A stretch of DNA of 64,000 nt, taken from an uncultured cyanobacterium. Lineage in GTDB: Bacteria > Cyanobacteriota > Cyanobacteriia > Cyanobacteriales > Nostocaceae. The notes under the pieces are model-generated. The model searched no databases and had not been told where the DNA came from. It worked only from the letters and a program-made list of their open reading frames with translations. This document shows positions 53,887-62,284 of the stretch, in pieces. The translations under genes were made by a program, and so were the position numbers. How positions within the stretch are numbered: position 1 is the first letter of the stretch; each line of letters starts with the position of its first letter. The stretch spans positions 2,336,001 to 2,400,000 of the forward strand of contig CAVUDP010000002.1 of NCBI GenBank assembly GCA_963740315.1, in the 5' to 3' direction.

Positions 53887-55008
53887 ATGAAAGAAAAAAT
53901 CTTGGTTGTGGAAGACGAAAGAATCATTGCTTTCGATATTAAACATTGTTTAGAAAATTCCGGGTATATTGTCCCCGCAGTTATCGCTTATGGAGAAAAA
54001 GCAATTACCAAAGTAGAAGAATTACAGCCAGATTTGGTTTTAATGGATATGATGCTTAAAGGCGATATGAACGGAATTCAAGCCGCCGAAGCAATTATAA
54101 ATAGCTTTAATATCCCGGTAATTTTTCTCACCGCTTATTCCGACGAAAGCACTCTCAAAAAAGCCAAAGCAACTCAACCTTTTGGTTATGTACTCAAACC
54201 TTTTGAAGAAAGCCAACTAATTACTACCATTGAAATAGCTTTAGACAAACATCAAAAAGAAATTCTGATGCGGGATGCATTGCAAAAAGAGAAAGAAATG
54301 AGAGAACTAAAATCTCGCTTCGTTTCAATGATAAGTCACGAATTTCGCAATCCATTAAGCACAATTTTGAATTCTACAGAATTGCTCGCAAATCACAATC
54401 GGCAACTAACCGATAATAAAAAAGAGGAATACTTAGACTATATACAAAATTCTGTAAAACATCTCAATCAATTGTTGAATGATGTTTTATCAATTGGTAA
54501 AACAGAAGTTAATCAAAATCAGTTTAATCCTGCACCTTTAGATTTAAAAACATTTTGCGAAAATTTAGTAGCAGAAATCAAACTCACAGCAACTGAAAAA
54601 CATCAAATTATTTTAAAAATTCAAGGATGCTGCATTCAAAACGAAGATAGCGTACCTACAGTTAAACTACCTTGCTTGGATGAAAAACTACTCCGACACA
54701 TCCTGATCAATTTGTTATCGAATGCAATTAAATATTCTCCTCAAGGTGGCGAAATACGCTTTGATTTATTTTGCTTACAGGGAGAAGCTATTTTCCGCAT
54801 TCAAGATGAAGGTATTGGTATTCCGCAAATAGAACAAGAAAACTTATTTACTTCTTTCGAGAGAGGTAGTAATGTCGGTACAATACCCGGACATGGTTTA
54901 GGACTATCAATTGTAAAACAATATGTAGAATTGCATCAAGGAGAAATCAACTTGATTAGCAAAGAAGGAGTTGGAACAACTTTTATTGTTTCTATACCCT
55001 TGAAGTGA
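53887..55008 (+). CDS. Hybrid receiver-histidine kinase
   Basis: ILVVEDE, LMD and KPF receiver; SHEFRNPL H-box; G.GLGL. Confidence 0.92.
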   Translation: MKEKILVVEDERIIAFDIKHCLENSGYIVPAVIAYGEKAITKVEELQPDLVLMDMMLKGDMNGIQAAEAIINSFNIPVIFLTAYSDESTLKKAKATQPFGYVLKPFEESQLITTIEIALDKHQKEILMRDALQKEKEMRELKSRFVSMISHEFRNPLSTILNSTELLANHNRQLTDNKKEEYLDYIQNSVKHLNQLLNDVLSIGKTEVNQNQFNPAPLDLKTFCENLVAEIKLTATEKHQIILKIQGCCIQNEDSVPTVKLPCLDEKLLRHILINLLSNAIKYSPQGGEIRFDLFCLQGEAIFRIQDEGIGIPQIEQENLFTSFERGSNVGTIPGHGLGLSIVKQYVELHQGEINLISKEGVGTTFIVSIPLK

Positions 55009-55206
55009 GAGGGGATGGGGAGAGGGGGAGATGGGGAGATGGGGAGATGGGGAGAGGGGGAGAGGGGGAGACAAGGGGACAAGGAGACAAGGAGATAAAA
55101 AGAATTTTAACATGCAGACCTTTAACATGCAGACCTTTGACATTAATTACTTCTAACTCCTCACTCCGGTGGTCCGTGAGCTATTCCAATGCCCCATGCC
55201 CATCAA

Positions 55207-56571
55207 TCATGAAACATTAATAGCTTTCTTCTCATTGAGTGATAGATAATCATCTGCTTTGCTATTAACTTCAACAGATGCTGGTAAGTCTTTTTCTGTA
55301 ATTAATCTTGCGCCACGACTGCGGTTGAAATAGTTCCAAATCCATTGAATCATCACTATTAGTTTGTTATCAAATTCAACTAAATAATAAATGTGAATTA
55401 ATGACCAAAATAGCCAAGCTATGAAACCTGTAAGTTTCATAAAGCCTAAATCAACAACGGCAGAATGCTGTCCAATTACTGCTAAACTACCTTTATCAAC
55501 GTAATTAAATGGGGTTATTGTATTGCCTTCTAACTGCTGTTTTATAGATTTTGCTACATAGTGCGCTTCTTGCATTGCTACAGGTGCAACGCCGGGTAAT
55601 GGTTTGCCTGTTTGATGAGCGAAATGTGCTAAATCACCAATTACATATATATTCGGATATCCCTTCAAACTTAAATCTGGTTCAACAATAACTCTTCCGG
55701 CTCGATCGCATTCTGCACCAGTTTTGTCTGCTATTACTTTACCCAAAGCTGAAGCTTTTACACCTGCTGCCCATAATACAGTTTTAGCTCCGAATTTCTT
55801 GATTTCGTCACCTTGCTTAATAGTAACTATATCGCCTTCAATACCCGTTACCAAAGTTTTTGTGACTACATTAACACCCAAATCTTCTAAAGATTTTTGA
55901 GCTTTCGCTGATAATTCTGGTGCAAATGGTGGTAAAACTCTATCCATACCTTCCAAAAGCAACACCTGCGTTTCGTGAGTGTCGATGTTACGAAAATCTT
56001 CCTTGAGAATACCGTAAGCCAACTCGGCGATCGCACCAGCTAATTCTACCCCAGTTGGACCACCGCCAACCACGACAAAGGTCAACAAAGTCCGACGTTT
56101 TTCTTCGTCTGCCTCTTGCTCTGCTGCTTCAAACGCCGTAAATATACGACGACGCATTTCAAGGGCATCTTCTACTGTTTTTAAGCCCGGTGCGAATTCT
56201 TCCCACTCATCCTTACCAAAATACGAATGCTTAGCACCAGTAGCAATAATTAAACTGTCATAAGGAATTTTTTCACCCCCCATCACAACATTTTGCTCTT
56301 GTGGATCGATATCTTTAACCTCTCCCAACAGCACCCTCGTATTTTTGCTCTTTTTAAGTACCGAGCGCAATGGTGAGGATATATCAGCCGGTGATAAAGT
56401 ACCAGTCGCTACTTGATATAGAAGTGGTTGAAACAAATGAAAATTTCTTTTATCAATTAAAGTAACATTTATATCTTTTTGACTCAGTGCTTTTGCGGTA
56501 TACAGTCCCCCAAAACCTCCACCAACAATAACCACGTGATGAGGCGGTTTAGTTCCAGCTTTACTTTCCAT
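55207..56571 (-). CDS. Type II NADH dehydrogenase (NDH-2)
   Basis: GGGFGG, FQPLLYQVATG, GGGPTGVE and IGD...PGVAPVAMQ motifs. Confidence 0.93.
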   Translation of the reverse strand: MESKAGTKPPHHVVIVGGGFGGLYTAKALSQKDINVTLIDKRNFHLFQPLLYQVATGTLSPADISSPLRSVLKKSKNTRVLLGEVKDIDPQEQNVVMGGEKIPYDSLIIATGAKHSYFGKDEWEEFAPGLKTVEDALEMRRRIFTAFEAAEQEADEEKRRTLLTFVVVGGGPTGVELAGAIAELAYGILKEDFRNIDTHETQVLLLEGMDRVLPPFAPELSAKAQKSLEDLGVNVVTKTLVTGIEGDIVTIKQGDEIKKFGAKTVLWAAGVKASALGKVIADKTGAECDRAGRVIVEPDLSLKGYPNIYVIGDLAHFAHQTGKPLPGVAPVAMQEAHYVAKSIKQQLEGNTITPFNYVDKGSLAVIGQHSAVVDLGFMKLTGFIAWLFWSLIHIYYLVEFDNKLIVMIQWIWNYFNRSRGARLITEKDLPASVEVNSKADDYLSLNEKKAINVS

Positions 56572-57002
56572 AAAATTTATTTACTCCCGTTGACGTTCCT
56601 GTCACTATTCTTAACAAATTTTTACCATTTTTCACAGAGGGTTTTGTTTGTCATTTATATCTAATTTTTAGTAAAAGTATTAAAGATTACATAGCTTAAG
56701 TAATTAATGGTACGGTTAAAGGTTTTTTTGAATCAAAATTTTAAGTGTGAAGTAGGCGCTAGCAATGAAATTGAGTGTTAAATTATCTGAATTGAAGAAT
56801 TAACTGCAATTAAATAATAAGTAAAAGTACTGCTTGTGGTAGATATACTAATTACAATAAAAATATTTTGAAGTTGGATTGTTTATGCTTTCTTAAAGTC
56901 ATTTTTAGATATAGCAGATTTTAATTAACCCAAAGCTGGTATATTCTTTGTAATTAATAAACTTAACGCGATATAAAATATTTAGTCGTATTCAAGAGAA
57001 AT

Positions 57003-57214
57003 AGGACTTACGTTAGCGTTCACGCGGAGCGTGCGGCTCAGCGTGACGCGGTAGCGTCATTATTGTCACAATCTATGGGTGGTGCGTGACGCTACAAATA
57101 TTGTAACCACGTACAAAATTTATTAAAGCGTCACACAACGGCAATAAAGCGGGAGGAGTATCCACACCGCTTTTTGCCTCCCCTACAACGAAAATTGTGC
57201 CAGTTGCGTAAGTT
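57003..57214. mobile_element. Degenerate MITE-like element (ACTTACG...CGTAAGT ends) with nested small palindromic repeats
   Basis: aggacttacg at the left end and tgcgtaagt at the right; internal tgacgc/gcgtca and ggcaataaagcgg/ccgctttttgcc hairpins. Confidence 0.5.
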
Positions 57215-57331
57215 GTAATAAATAAAAAATGGATAAAGACTTAATTATTTTTATTCTTAGCGTTTCCTTACCGAAAATAATGGGTTTAAAGCCTCGTTCT
57301 TTTAGGACGACTTTTAATATTTTATTATTCC

Positions 57332-57341
57332 GTGATAAAAT
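57332..57341 (+). promoter_or_regulatory. Extended -10-like box (TGaTAAAAT) inside the element's left end
   Basis: gtgataaaat matches TGnTAnnnT just downstream of the left-end hairpin. Confidence 0.45.
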
Positions 57342-57347
57342 AAGATT

Positions 57348-57731
57348 GTCCTATTGTTGAAATACCGTCGCACCGAGGTGAAAATTCTAGATGAAACAAG
57401 CTAGCACTTTTGAGGGAGAAATAATTGGATAGTAGGGTAGCGAAAACCTCGTAAAACATAGCGCAGTAAACGATTAAAGTCGTTGAATGATTTAAGCCAA
57501 CATATCGTTGTAGAACTATTTGAGGTAACTCAGATAGCGAGCTGGCATACGCAAATCTCCCTTGCAATAGGGAAACGCTTGGAGAGCTATCCATAAGTGG
57601 GCAACTAGATAGCAATTGATATTCTAGTAAGCTCGGATAGAACATAATCGTGTAAGACGTACCTCCGGCTTCGGTCGAAAGCGCAGTGATTAGCTCAAGA
57701 ATCCCCGCTCGTTCACGACGGGGAGTGTCAA
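57348..57731 (+). ncRNA. Candidate large structured non-coding RNA (omega/reRNA-like)
   Basis: Multiple stems capped by GTAA, GCAA (x2) and cTTCGg tetraloops, with G-U pairs valid on the + strand. Confidence 0.6.
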
Positions 57732-57776
57732 AGAAATGGGTACTAAATTACCTTGGAAAAAATAGGAGTTTAACTG

Positions 57777-58472
57777 CTAAATCTTATTCCCTGAACCGCG
57801 AATTATAACACGTTCGCCTTCAACATTTATACTTTCAAGTTTAATTGGTAGCTTTTTTAGTTCTTGGGAAAGAAATTGGTTGAAACTTTCTTGAGAAATG
57901 CCTAGATTTTGGGAAACTTCAGCAATCGGAAAGCTAAAATTACCTAAAGAAATCCGAGTTGTATCGTCAAAGGTAAATTTGCGATCGCGAATGCTGGGTT
58001 TTCCTTCAATTCCAATATATAGACGTTTTTCTTTACCCGGTAAACGTTGTATCAACTGGATAATTTTTGTTTCTTTCCATGCAGACAATTCTTGTGGAGA
58101 GATAGCTGAAGCTTCAACAACAGCACCTACAGAGATTTTACCGTTTTTAATTTGAGTATTTGTACTTTTAATTGCTGAGGAAAATTTCCTATTATCATCT
58201 TTTTTACCAATAGAAGAAATAATTAATGAATTGACTTCATCCGCATCAAGTTGTACTTCTCCTGTCGTTTTTGCTGTCAAATTATCTGAAACTTTACGCA
58301 ATACCTCTTCAGGTTGTGGCGATTTGGTTTTGTTAACAGAAATTACCTTTTCTTCTTTATAGGTTTGAGTATACCAAGAAGGTAATTGCATCGCTTGTTG
58401 CCACATAAAAAACCCAGCAATACCGATACCACCTAAAATTAAGCTAAATGTCAGCAGAAGTCGCTTATACAT
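57777..58472 (-). CDS. Hypothetical membrane-anchored protein
   Basis: N-terminal TM followed by WQQA.QLPSWY; ATG at 58472 preferred. Confidence 0.8.
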   Translation of the reverse strand: MYKRLLLTFSLILGGIGIAGFFMWQQAMQLPSWYTQTYKEEKVISVNKTKSPQPEEVLRKVSDNLTAKTTGEVQLDADEVNSLIISSIGKKDDNRKFSSAIKSTNTQIKNGKISVGAVVEASAISPQELSAWKETKIIQLIQRLPGKEKRLYIGIEGKPSIRDRKFTFDDTTRISLGNFSFPIAEVSQNLGISQESFNQFLSQELKKLPIKLESINVEGERVIIRGSGNKI

Positions 58473-58541
58473 AATATGAAGAAACGATAAAAGATAAAAT
58501 ATATTTACAATGCCCAACACCCCTTATTATACAGATACAAT

Positions 58542-58569
58542 AAAAAACCCCAGTCAGGGGACTGGGGTT
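58542..58569 (-). terminator. Intrinsic terminator of the DUF760 gene
   Basis: aaccccagtc-aggg-gactggggtt stem with a T-run on the minus strand. Confidence 0.75.
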
Positions 58570-58593
58570 AAGACATTAACTAGATTAATTGAT

Positions 58594-58938
58594 TTACTCA
58601 TTATCCCGAACATCATCTTCTACCGATTGCAAAGAACTTTCAAATGCCATACGCTGTTCAACATTACGTAACAAATAACCATTAAACATCGCTGAAGCTA
58701 AAAGTTTCCCTAAATTTTCGCGATTGGTAGCGATCGTGACGTTGAAATCTTCTGAAGGCAAACCCCCCAACATACTAACGATAGTACGTTCAATTGCTTC
58801 CAACACTTCTGGAGAACCAGGTCGAGAAAGTTGAGTCATCGTTTCAGGACTCAAGGATTTAATGTAATGTAAAAACGAATTACCATTTGTTGTTTGATTA
58901 TCAAAAAAATCTGGATTGCGTTCGTCTATATTATTCAT
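58594..58938 (-). CDS. DUF760 family protein
   Basis: LGGLPSEDFNVTI.TNRENLGKLLASAM.NGY.LR.VEQR. Confidence 0.9.
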   Translation of the reverse strand: MNNIDERNPDFFDNQTTNGNSFLHYIKSLSPETMTQLSRPGSPEVLEAIERTIVSMLGGLPSEDFNVTIATNRENLGKLLASAMFNGYLLRNVEQRMAFESSLQSVEDDVRDNE

Positions 58939-59157
58939 GAGAATTTGTGTGTGAGATTATTTATACTTACATTAATAAATGTAACAGGTTTGAAATTGTA
59001 GTGCAGTAGTTAAACCGTACTGAAAATGGGGGTTTCTTCTACTTTAGGGAAAATCATCGGGAATTTGGGAGACAAGGGGATGGGGAGACAAGGTGATGGG
59101 GGGATGGGGGGATGGGGAGACAAGGGGATGGGGAGATGGGGGGATGGGGAGATGGGG

Positions 59158-59255
59158 GTAGTGCGAGCATCTTGCTCGCTTGATACATATCTTGATACAT
59201 ATAGCTCGCTTGATACATATCTTGATACATATAGCTCGCTTGATGCTCGCACTAC
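59158..59255. repeat. REP-like element with internal nested tandem duplication (30-nt unit x2, each containing a 12-nt doublet)
   Basis: GTAGTGCGAGCATC..[GCTCGCTTGATACATATCTTGATACATATA]x2..GATGCTCGCACTAC. Confidence 0.9.
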
Positions 59256-59343
59256 AAGATTAGGTAAATGATTTTTTGGAAGTCTTTAATTATTCCGACG
59301 ATTCTCACTCATTTCTAACTTCCCGTGCCCTATGCCCTATGCC

Positions 59344-60501
59344 CTATGCCCTATGCCCTATGCCCTTCGTCTCAAATATTTCCAAAAGTTTATCGACATT
59401 TTCTTTGCGGCTGTTGTAACCCATTAGTCCGATACGCCATACTTTGCCGCCTAATTCACCAAGCCCGCCACCAATTTCAAGGTTGTGTTCTAATAGTAGT
59501 TCTCGCGCAACGGCTTTACCATCAATGCCTTCGGGAATCCGAACTGTGGTAAGTGTTGGTAATCTGTACTGTTTTTCAACGTGTAAAGTCATTCCTAAAT
59601 CTTCTAAACCTTGCCACAGATATTCTGCATTTTTCTGATGCCTTTGCCAACTATTTTCTACTCCTTCTTCGGCAATTAAACGTAGGGATTCCCGTAAAGC
59701 ATAATATAAATTTATCGGGGCTGTATGATGATATGTGCGTTCTTTACCCCAATATTTGCTTAACAGGTTCATATCCAAGTACCAGTTTGCCACCTTTGTT
59801 TGACGCTTTTGCAACTTTTCCATTGCGCGATCGCTCATTGTAAATGGTGACGCGCCGGGAGGACAACCCAAGCCTTTCTGACTACAGCTATAAGCTAAAT
59901 CAACTCCCCATTCATCTAAATACAAAGGTACTCCACCCATACTTGTTACCGAATCCACCAGCAGCAAACTACCATGCTCGCGACATAATTCGCTGACTCC
60001 TTCCAAGGGTTGACGTGCCCCAGTGGAAGTTTCTGCATGAACCAACGCTACTATAGTTGGACGATGAGTTGCGATCGCACTTTGCAATTCATCTAAGGAA
60101 AATACCTGTCCCCAAGGTTTGGTAATGGTTCGCACATCTGCACCGTAACGTCCAGCCATATCAACCAAACGGAGTCCAAAGTATCCAACGACACCAACTA
60201 ATACCACATCCCCCGGTTCTACAGCATTGGCGATCGTGGCTTCCATTGCAGCGCTTCCCGTCCCGCTAACGGCTATTGTGAGTTGGTTTTCCGTTTGCCA
60301 TACATAGCGTAACAGTGATTGAATCTCATCCATCAGCGTTAAGAAAGCCGGATCGAGATGACCCACGGGAGGAGTATTCATCGCTTTAAGTATGTCGGGA
60401 TGAATATTTGATGGACCAGGACCGAGAAGCAAGCGATTAGGTATATTTAAGGGTGATAGTTGTAATTTATTAGCGTTTTTTGTAGACAGTGTTTGCGTCA
60501 T
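59344..60501 (-). CDS. Alanine/serine-glyoxylate aminotransferase (class V)
   Basis: LLLGPGPS, HAETSTG, SQKGL.CPPG and YHHT motifs. Confidence 0.93.
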   Translation of the reverse strand: MTQTLSTKNANKLQLSPLNIPNRLLLGPGPSNIHPDILKAMNTPPVGHLDPAFLTLMDEIQSLLRYVWQTENQLTIAVSGTGSAAMEATIANAVEPGDVVLVGVVGYFGLRLVDMAGRYGADVRTITKPWGQVFSLDELQSAIATHRPTIVALVHAETSTGARQPLEGVSELCREHGSLLLVDSVTSMGGVPLYLDEWGVDLAYSCSQKGLGCPPGASPFTMSDRAMEKLQKRQTKVANWYLDMNLLSKYWGKERTYHHTAPINLYYALRESLRLIAEEGVENSWQRHQKNAEYLWQGLEDLGMTLHVEKQYRLPTLTTVRIPEGIDGKAVARELLLEHNLEIGGGLGELGGKVWRIGLMGYNSRKENVDKLLEIFETKGIGHRA

Positions 60502-60559
60502 GATGGTAGATACTACTGATTTGAGAAATGCTCGATTATAGCTATATATTAAACTTAAT

Positions 60560-60843
60560 TGCCCGCACTCTAGAAGAGTGGGGAACCAACATTACAAAGC
60601 CCACCGTAAGATGGGCTAAAGGCTTTAACAATTAGAACACTAATAAAAAAGATGTTGGGTTACGACGCGACATTAATTTCTAATTAAAACCATGATTCCG
60701 GAGTGCGTCTAACCCAACCTACAAAATAATTAAATTAGTGAAAATCTATCTAGCCCACGTTCACCGTTCACGAAGTGCGGCTCAGGTGTGGCTCAGGTGG
60801 GCTTTGTAATTGTAGTTCCCCACCATAAAGAGGGTGAGGGCTT
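60560..60843. repeat. Composite inverted REP-like cluster (BIME-like)
   Basis: attacaaagcccac (left) / gtgggctttgtaat (right) inverted copies flank a GTTGGGTTA..TAACCCAAC element. Confidence 0.7.
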
Positions 60844-60868
60844 TGGTGAAGGCTTTATTTAAAATCTA

Positions 60869-62137
60869 TTACGAACCAACACCCGTCAATTTCTTCTGCG
60901 ATTCGGCAACAATTTGATAGAGTTTCAATTCAAATTTTTCCATACAAGCTGACCAGTCAAATTCTAAAATCGAAGGACGAGCATTTGCAGCCATTTGCTC
61001 TTTTAATTGAGGATTTTCCAGAATTTGAATGATTTTATTAGCAAAATCTTCTGGATTATTCGGTTCTGCTAAAAAGCCGTTACTACCTGGTGTAACTTGT
61101 TCTGCTGTGGAGGGTGCAACTGCTGCAACTACGGGAGTACCGGAAGCTAAAGCTTCGTTGTTTGTGGTGCAGAAGTTTTCGGTGATCGAAGGGTTAACAA
61201 ATATATCCGCACGAGCAAACCATCCTAAAAGTTCTTCTTTGTGAGATTCACCCCAAACTGTTACACCGGAACCAAATTTTTGGGCGCGTTTCTTGATTTC
61301 TTCTTCTATGGGACCGCTACCAATAATTACTAAATGAACGTCTTTTATTTTCTGGGCAACTATCGGATATATATCTAGTAATTGATTGACATTCTTTTCG
61401 GCAGTAATGCGTCCTACAAATAATAAAGTTGGTCTTTTGTCGTTAGGAATGGGATTAAAGATAATATTTTCGGGATTGAATTTTTTACAGTCAACTCCTT
61501 GATAGGGAAAGTATTCGCTATTCTGACATTTCATAGCTTGATATTTAGCAAGTTGTTCTTTTGAGGAAAATAAACTCAGGTTATAAGACTCGCTAAATTG
61601 TTTAATTAAGCTAGGAACAATTGGACTAATTAGGTTAAATAGTTTGTTTCCTAAATAATATTGAATATAGGCGACAATATCGGTATGAAATAGAGATATT
61701 GTGGGAGTGCCAGTCTTTTTCGCGTATTCAACTGCAACAGGACGACCATAACCTTGGATAAAAAGCGAGTATAGTCCCCTCATTTGCGCTGCTTCTTCTA
61801 CTAATACAACATCGGGATTAAAGCTTTCTAATAATTTAGTATCGCTCCAATGCCGATGGCTTAATGGTTGAGGAAGAGAGTTATAAAATATTAATGGCTT
61901 TGTGGGAAATGCATAGTTCGTAAAGTTTGGATATTTCTGTAGTTCATCCAAACCAGCCATCGGACGTTTACCAACATTAGGAGGATAGCGATTGTTAATT
62001 TGAGGATGAATTAAAAATACTTCATGCCCTTGCTGCAAAAACCAGCGTACCCGCTGATGTACTGCAACAGAAACACCCGTCAAAAATGGAGCATATAATC
62101 CAGTGGCGATCGCAAGACGAAGAGGTTGTTTTAACAT
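60869..62137 (-). CDS. Glycosyltransferase family 4 (GT-B)
   Basis: FHTD, LLFVGRI..EK and ENFC...NEALASGTPVV motifs. Confidence 0.92.
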   Translation of the reverse strand: MLKQPLRLAIATGLYAPFLTGVSVAVHQRVRWFLQQGHEVFLIHPQINNRYPPNVGKRPMAGLDELQKYPNFTNYAFPTKPLIFYNSLPQPLSHRHWSDTKLLESFNPDVVLVEEAAQMRGLYSLFIQGYGRPVAVEYAKKTGTPTISLFHTDIVAYIQYYLGNKLFNLISPIVPSLIKQFSESYNLSLFSSKEQLAKYQAMKCQNSEYFPYQGVDCKKFNPENIIFNPIPNDKRPTLLFVGRITAEKNVNQLLDIYPIVAQKIKDVHLVIIGSGPIEEEIKKRAQKFGSGVTVWGESHKEELLGWFARADIFVNPSITENFCTTNNEALASGTPVVAAVAPSTAEQVTPGSNGFLAEPNNPEDFANKIIQILENPQLKEQMAANARPSILEFDWSACMEKFELKLYQIVAESQKKLTGVGS

Positions 62138-62284
62138 TAGGTTAATTGAAGAAAATTGTATGGATATTTAATTAACTATTGGCGTATTTTAGATTTTAGA
62201 TTTTGAGGATTACGGTGCAGCGAGTTAGTGCCGTCTTTAGCAAATCCTACTATAAAATCTAAAATCCAAAACTTAGTCCTCTTT

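Larger units (their letters stand above)
57272..57731 (+). mobile_element. Non-autonomous IS200/IS605 (IS608-like) element, 460 bp
   Basis: TTAC at 57268-71; AAAG (57288-91) plus left hairpin; GAAT (57699-702) plus CCCCG..CGGGG right hairpin; terminal TCAA (57728-31); no tnpA/tnpB. Confidence 0.85.

Noticed and set aside
57325..57645. 106-aa minus-strand ORF inside the IS605-type element
   Set aside because: No transposase or TnpB motifs, and the tetraloop and G-U polarity favours a + strand RNA.
57465..57655. Group I intron (IStron) interpretation from ACGATTA/TAATCGT P7-like pairing
   Set aside because: No bulged G-binding site, no clear P/Q elements, the element ends in A rather than omega-G, and the location is intergenic. 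Not supportable without a covariance-model search.
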